A stretch of DNA of 64,000 nucleotides from the human T2T-CHM13v2.0 reference genome, Homo sapiens. The DNA lies in the NCBI RefSeq assembly GCF_009914755.1, contig NC_060938.1; one strand, given 5' to 3'. The notes beneath the pieces are model-generated. The model was given only the letters and a program-made list of their open reading frames with translations, did no database searches and had not been told where the DNA came from. Shown here piece by piece: positions 58,201 through 64,000 of this stretch; positions within the stretch are counted from its first letter, which is position 1, and every line of letters starts with the position of its first letter. The translations under genes were made by a program, and so were the position numbers.

Positions 58201-60173
58201 CTGAAAATGTGGAAGGGGTCTTGGAACTGGGTAATGGGCAGAGGCTTGAAGAATTTGGAGGCCTAGGCTACAAAAGCCTGTCTTGCCATGAATGCAGCAT
58301 TATGGCCAATTCTGGTGAAAAACTCAGAAGAAAAGGCTAGGGAAAGTCTAGACATTTTTAGAGAAGACTTAAGTGCTTGTAATCAGAGTGTTGATAGAAA
58401 ATGAACAGTAAAGGCCATTCTGATTAGGTCTTAGACAGAAATGAGGAATATCATACTGAAAACTGAAGTAAAGGCCATCCTTGCTATAAAGTAGCAAAGA
58501 ACTTGACTGAACTGTTTTTGCACCAAAGGCCTTCATGGTTGATAAACTAGGATACCTCCCAGAAGAAACATCTAAACAATAAAGCATTCAGGTTCTGCCT
58601 GGCTACTTTTAATTCCTAATAGTAAGATGCTAGAGGAAAGAAATTATATTAAAACAGAATTTATAATTAAAGCAATTCAAAGAGATTTTAAAAATTTGCA
58701 GCCCAGCCATGTAAAGAACAAAAAAATATGTAACAGTGTGGCCAAGTGACCCTTTGGAGGGAGTATTAGTATGAATAGAAGGGAGCTAGGTGCTATTCAT
58801 CAGGACAATGGGAGAATAAGATCCCAAAAGCATTTCAGACATTTTTGAGGCTGCCCATCTCATGGCAGGCTCAGAGATCTAAGAGGGCAGAATAGTGTCA
58901 GGTGACAGGCCCTGGGTGATCTCCACAGGCTCACTGCCCAGGGCCCTCTTTGGACTCTGTTCCCGAATTCCAATGCAGTCCTCCTCAGCCATCCCATCCA
59001 TGGCTCACATGGGCCCAGGTGCAGCTCAACCTGCCACTGCAGAAGGTACAAATTATGAACCTTAAAAGCATACATGTGGTGCTAATTCTGCAGGCTCACA
59101 GAATGCATGAACTGTGGTGCCATTGCTTCCACCACTTAAAGTTCAAGAGATGTAGTGAACAGCTTGGAAGCTGAGGCAGGACGTTGCAGGGATGGAGCCA
59201 CCACAGAGAACCTCTACTAGAACAATGCCTAGTGGAGCTGTGGGTGTAGAACCATCACGGAGGCACCATAACTGTAAAGTTTCCAGTATGCAATGCCAGC
59301 ACAGGAGAGCTGAAGCATGAGATAAGCCCAGCAAAGCCATAGGAGCCATAGAAATAAGAATACCTGAGGCATGGGGGCCCAAGCCCCACTTTAAAGTATG
59401 CAGGAAGCAGGACATGGAATCAAGCAAAATTATTCCGGAACTTTAAGACCTAATGTTGTTTTTCTCATTGGGTTGTGGACTTACCTGGGGGCAGTTACTT
59501 TTTTCTTTTTGTCTATCCCCTGCTTCTTAAATGGGAGTGTTTGTCCTAGGCCAGTCTTGTCATTTTGGTCATAGATAACTTGTTTTAATTTCAAAGGCTC
59601 ACAGCTGGAATAAATTTACCTCAGGACGAATTGTTCCTTCAGTCTCAGAGGGGACTGCACTTTTGAGCTGGCAGTGGAGCAAGTTAAGACTTTTGGGGCT
59701 ATTGAGATGGAGTAAGTGTATTTTGCACTGTGAGAGGGACATAAATTTTGGGGGCCAAATGTGTAATATTATGGTTTTAATATTTCCCCCAAAAGTTTAT
59801 AAGTTGGAAAGTTAATTGCCAATGTAATAGGGGACCTTTTAGACGTGATGGGGGTATGAGGGCAGAGCCCTTTTGAGTGGTTCAATATCATTATTGTCAG
59901 AATGACTTAGTTCTGATGGGAGTGAGTTAGTTTATACAATAGTGGGTTGTTTGAAAGCGAGCTCAGCTCACTATCCATGCCACTTTTGCATACTCTTGCT
60001 CTCTTGCCATGTGATCTTCTCTGCCATGTTATGATGCAATAAGGCCCTCACTAGATGCCAGCCTGTTGACCTTAGATTTCCCAAACTACAGAGCTATCAG
60101 CTAAATAAACTTCTATTCTTTATAAATCACTCAGTCTGTGGTATTCAGTAATAACAGAAAATAGACTAAAACA
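55297..60173 (+). mobile_element. Two-LTR MaLR element (MSTC/MSTD-like): 5' LTR 55297-55713 + 58141-58161, internal ~58162-59766, 3' LTR 59767-60173
   Basis: Two related LTRs (..CCCCAGAAGTTCATGTGTTGGAAAC.. / ..CCCCCAAAAGTTTATAAGTTGGAAAG..) flank a MaLR internal sequence. Confidence 0.78.
55714..58140 (-). mobile_element. Complete MST (MSTB/MSTA1-like) element: LTR 55714-56120, internal, LTR 57727-58140
   Basis: ~410-bp direct repeats, ~1.6-kb internal region homologous to the THE1 internal at 11178-12758, TSD AGCAG/AGCAT. Confidence 0.88.
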
Positions 60174-60358
60174 GTAAGAAAAAAACTTTTGTGCAAGACA
60201 ACATCCTCTTGAAGTCAACAGAAATTTTGCTAATATGAATGTCAAACTTTTAGACTATACATTTCCCAATAGCTGGAACTACGTCTTACTTTGCATTTAA
60301 TGTTTTAGACAGTTTGTGACATTTAATAAGTTTGCATGAAAAAATTGAAATAAAACTT

Positions 60359-60849
60359 TGTGGCTGACTGCCACTGCTACTACTTGAGACCATCATTACA
60401 GCAGTTACTACTGATACTGCCTGAGACTGTCATTAGAAGACTGAATGAAGGAGGACGAACATAGAAATGATAACAAAAAACAAAAGAACTATTTTAAAGG
60501 AAGGAGCAGGGGAAGAAGAGGGCTCAGTGCTTCTAGTGAGCAAAGGCCCCTCGAGCTTCCACAGCCCTTCTTATTTATTGGGTAGAATGAGCAGGGAGGA
60601 GGAGGTAACAATTGGTCAGCTGCTTAATTGATCGCAGGTTCTCATATTACTAAGAGGCTTCAATTATGCCCAATCATAAGAAACACTTGTGCCTGGGTCA
60701 TGACTGCCTTCAGCAGTCCATCTGGGTGGCAGACACAGTTTGTCAGTTTGCCAACATTCTGCATTTATGAGAAACAGTTTGCTGCTTACTCATATAGCCT
60801 CCAGTGGTATACTGAGTTGATCACGACTTCAATCTTTTGGCCTCCAACA
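60359..60849 (-). mobile_element. LTR3B-like solo LTR (HERV-K HML-6)
   Basis: The reverse complement starts TGTTGGAGGCCAAAAGATTGAAGTCGTGATCAACTCAGTATACCACTGGAGGCTATATGAG. Perfect 6-bp TSD AAACTT (60353-60358, 60850-60855), typical of ERVK. Confidence 0.85.
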
Positions 60850-62199
60850 AAACTTTGTCATAGTACCTTACTAACCCTTATTTAAAAAATGGGGTTTGGT
60901 AATGGAAAATTCCTGTTGGAAAATAGTGTACTTTGAAAAATACATTAACTCTTGTATTCTACTACGAGTTTGACTCAACTGGTAAGAAGGTAAAAGGTTA
61001 ATTAATTTAAGAAACATGTAAAACCTATATCATCCTATTTGTGAAGTAGTTTTCCTTGTTCATGGATCTGTGGCCTTTTGAATTAGCTATGGGTTTTTAT
61101 TTCTGCATATGTTAGGGCATGTGTTAACCATTCACTTTTGTATTTTCATCAGGTATGTAACCTTGACTTAAATGCATTTATTAATTGGATCAGCAGGCTG
61201 TACAAAAATTCAATGCATCTTTTTGTGAGAAATGATTTAGTGGGAAGGTAGTTTTTAAAAAACATATCAATTATATGCATTTCTTGTAATTCATAGCATT
61301 TCTCTGCATAAGTTTTTTGGATAAAATGAAGCTAACAACAAAGGAACAGACTTTTTTTGGAATATATGAAATGAAATAATTTGCTTCAATAACTTTCAAG
61401 AAGAAAGTGACAATTTAACTGTGACTGGAAGGACAGCTATGGAAAGTTTTCAGAATTGTCATCAAAGAAATACTTTATATAGATTATGAAAATTCCACCG
61501 TATGATAATTTAAAAAACGCTAATAAGAACAAAGAGAATAACTTTTCCTTATTACATTGTCAAAGATTTTTAAAAATACATAATATTAAAGAGAAATAAT
61601 TCATTCCTGGTGGGAATATAAATTTTTATAATGTTTCTATTTTTATATTATATAGGAAGGTGACCATATGTATGAAAAACTGCAAATATTTATACTCTTT
61701 GAAATATAAATCCCATATTTAGGCATATGTCTTAATGAAATTAGAGTGCTGTTATTTTACAAGTATTAAAGTAAGGTTGAAGCATGTTTAAAAGCATAGA
61801 TAAATGCTTACAATATGACATTGATATAAACACAGCAGGATTTAATTCTAGTTATCTATTACCAAGTTTTATTTAAAACCCATGGAAAAATGGAAGGAAA
61901 GAATTTTTTGGGAGTAATAATATTACAGGGGACTTTATAAAAAGTATTTCCAATAAAAATTTTTAATAATAAAAATTAGTAATGTGACAAATACTATTTT
62001 AAACCTAAAACCAATGTCTTTTAAATACATATTTTATATTTTGGGGAAATTATCTAAGCATATTGACTTATTTTGTAATGTGATACCAATTTACAATGTT
62101 AATGAGGGTTGCAAGTAAAATGATGAATAACAACTTTATACAGGTAAAGTGGCTATTTCTGTCATATAACATTAAATAAAGTTTTAAAGAATCTTGATC

Positions 62200-64000
62200 A
62201 TTGCTATTACATAAAAATATACAGTGGACCACAACTTTCAGCTTTCTGTCTTTATAGACCTGTCTTTTCAAGATACTTCAGATAACAGCAATCATATAAT
62301 ACATAGTCTCTTGAACTCGTCATCCTTAAATGGTTTACCATTCATCTGTGTTGTAGGATGTATTAGTATTTTGTTGTTTAATATTGCTGAATAGTATTTT
62401 ATTTATCTGTTCACCTGTTGATGGACATTTACATTGTTACAATTTGAGATTATTACAAATAATGCCACTATAAATATGTACATGTCTTTGTATGGAGACA
62501 TATTTTTCTTTGTCTTGGGTAGATTACTAAGAGTGAAATTACTAGGTCATAGAAGTGTATTTTTTTAACTATATAAGATACTTCTATTCTGATTTCCAAA
62601 GTAGCTGAACCATTCTATATTCCTAATATTTTACAATTCTACCAGGAATGAACAAGGGTTTCAGATTTTCTATATCATCTCCAATACTTGCTATTGTCTG
62701 CGTTTTTATTTTAGGCACTATTGTGGCTGTGTAGTGGTATTTCTATGTGGTTTTTATTTGCATTTCTCTAATGACTTAATGATGACGAGCATCTTTTCAT
62801 GTGCATATCAGCCATTCATTTATCTCCTTTGGTGAGATATCTATTCAAATCATTTTCCCATTTTAAAAATTAGGTTTTCTTATAATTGAGTTGTAATAAT
62901 TTTTTATGAATTTTTTGATACAAATACTTGATCAAGTATATGATTTGTGAGTTTTATCTCCCACTCTTTGTCCTGTCTTTTAATTTTCTTAATGGAGAAT
63001 TTTGAAGTGAAGTTTTGAATTTTTATAAAATTCAATTTTTAAAATTTTATGCATTGTGCTTTTGATGTTTTATCTAAGAACTTTTTCTCAAAGTTTACAG
63101 TTGTCTTCTTTTATATTTTCTTCTAGAAATACTTTGTTTCAGTTCTTAATTTTAGGTAATTATCCATTTTGAGTTAATTTGTGTATATTGTGTGATATAT
63201 TAGCATCTAAGTTTATTTTTTGCATGTGCATATCACATCTGGTTGTCTCAGAAATATTTCTTGAAAAGATTATCATTTATCCCACTGACTTTGCATCTTG
63301 GTTGAAAATCAGTTGATTGTAAGTATAAAGCTTTATTTTTGGACTCTCATTTTTATGCCCTCATTTGTGTTCTGTTAATCCATAGGTCTGTTTTTGTGCC
63401 AATACCACACTGTCTTGATTATTTTGGCTTTATTGTATATTTTGAAATTGGATAATTTAAGTTCTGCAACTTTATAATTTTTTTCAATATTGTTTTGGAC
63501 TATTCTGTGTATTTTGCATTTCTACATAAATTTTAGGATCAGCTTGTCAATTTCTGCAAAATAACATAGTATTTTGATAGTGATTACATTGATTTTTCTT
63601 TTGTGGACCAATTCTGGGAGAATTGGCATTTTGACTATATGAGGCCTTCAATTTATGAACATATGTGTCTTTGCAGCAATATTTTATCATTTTCGGCGTT
63701 CAAATCTTGTACTTATTTAAAAATATAATTCCTAAGTAAATTTTTGATGTTACTGTGAGTGCAATTGCTTTCTTAATTTTAGTTTTAGTTTTTTTATTGT
63801 TGTTGTTGCTACAATGTAAAAGCACAATTAACTTTTGTGTAGTGTTCTTGAACCCTGAGATCTATTAAACTCATTTATTTGTTACAGTAACATTTTGTGG
63901 ATTCCTTGGAATTTTCTGTGTAGATGATCATGCCAACTGTGAATAAAGACAATTTTACTTACTTCTTCCCAACACTTTTGTTGTATTGCACTAGCTTTTA
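62200..64000 (-). mobile_element. Old L1M (MB/MC-type) fragment running off the window
   Basis: CACCTGTTGATGGACATTT, TTTTAGGATCAGCTTGTCAATTTCTGC and GTGCCAATACCACACTGTCTTGATT are antisense L1 ORF2/3'UTR motifs. Confidence 0.82.

Overview
This is AT-rich, repeat-dense primate (hominid-type) non-coding genomic DNA. I can support no host protein-coding exon, RNA gene or CRISPR array. Every recognisable long ORF derives from a transposable element. Main contents: (1) a full-length, 6,030-bp L1PA2-type LINE-1 on the - strand (23761-29790). Its ORF1 and ORF2 are inactivated, but the antisense ORF0 frame is open and runs out of the element into flanking DNA. (2) A nested stack at 6.9-13.4 kb: an ERV1 solo LTR split by a near full-length Charlie3 (hAT) DNA transposon, a MER66-like LTR that itself carries an Alu, and a complete THE1A element. 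(3) A dense run of MER4-group solo LTRs at 3-21 kb. (4) A complete MST element nested antisense inside another MaLR element (55.3-60.2 kb). (5) Solo LTR18B, LTR3B, MER50 and MLT1A LTRs, about ten Alus, and older L1M, L2, MIR, MER5 and Tigger fragments. Subfamily names come from my recall of consensus sequences, not from a database search. I found no convincing new biological system. The best leads are the read-through ORF0, a 61-bp apparent templated insertion, and the nested TE chronology.
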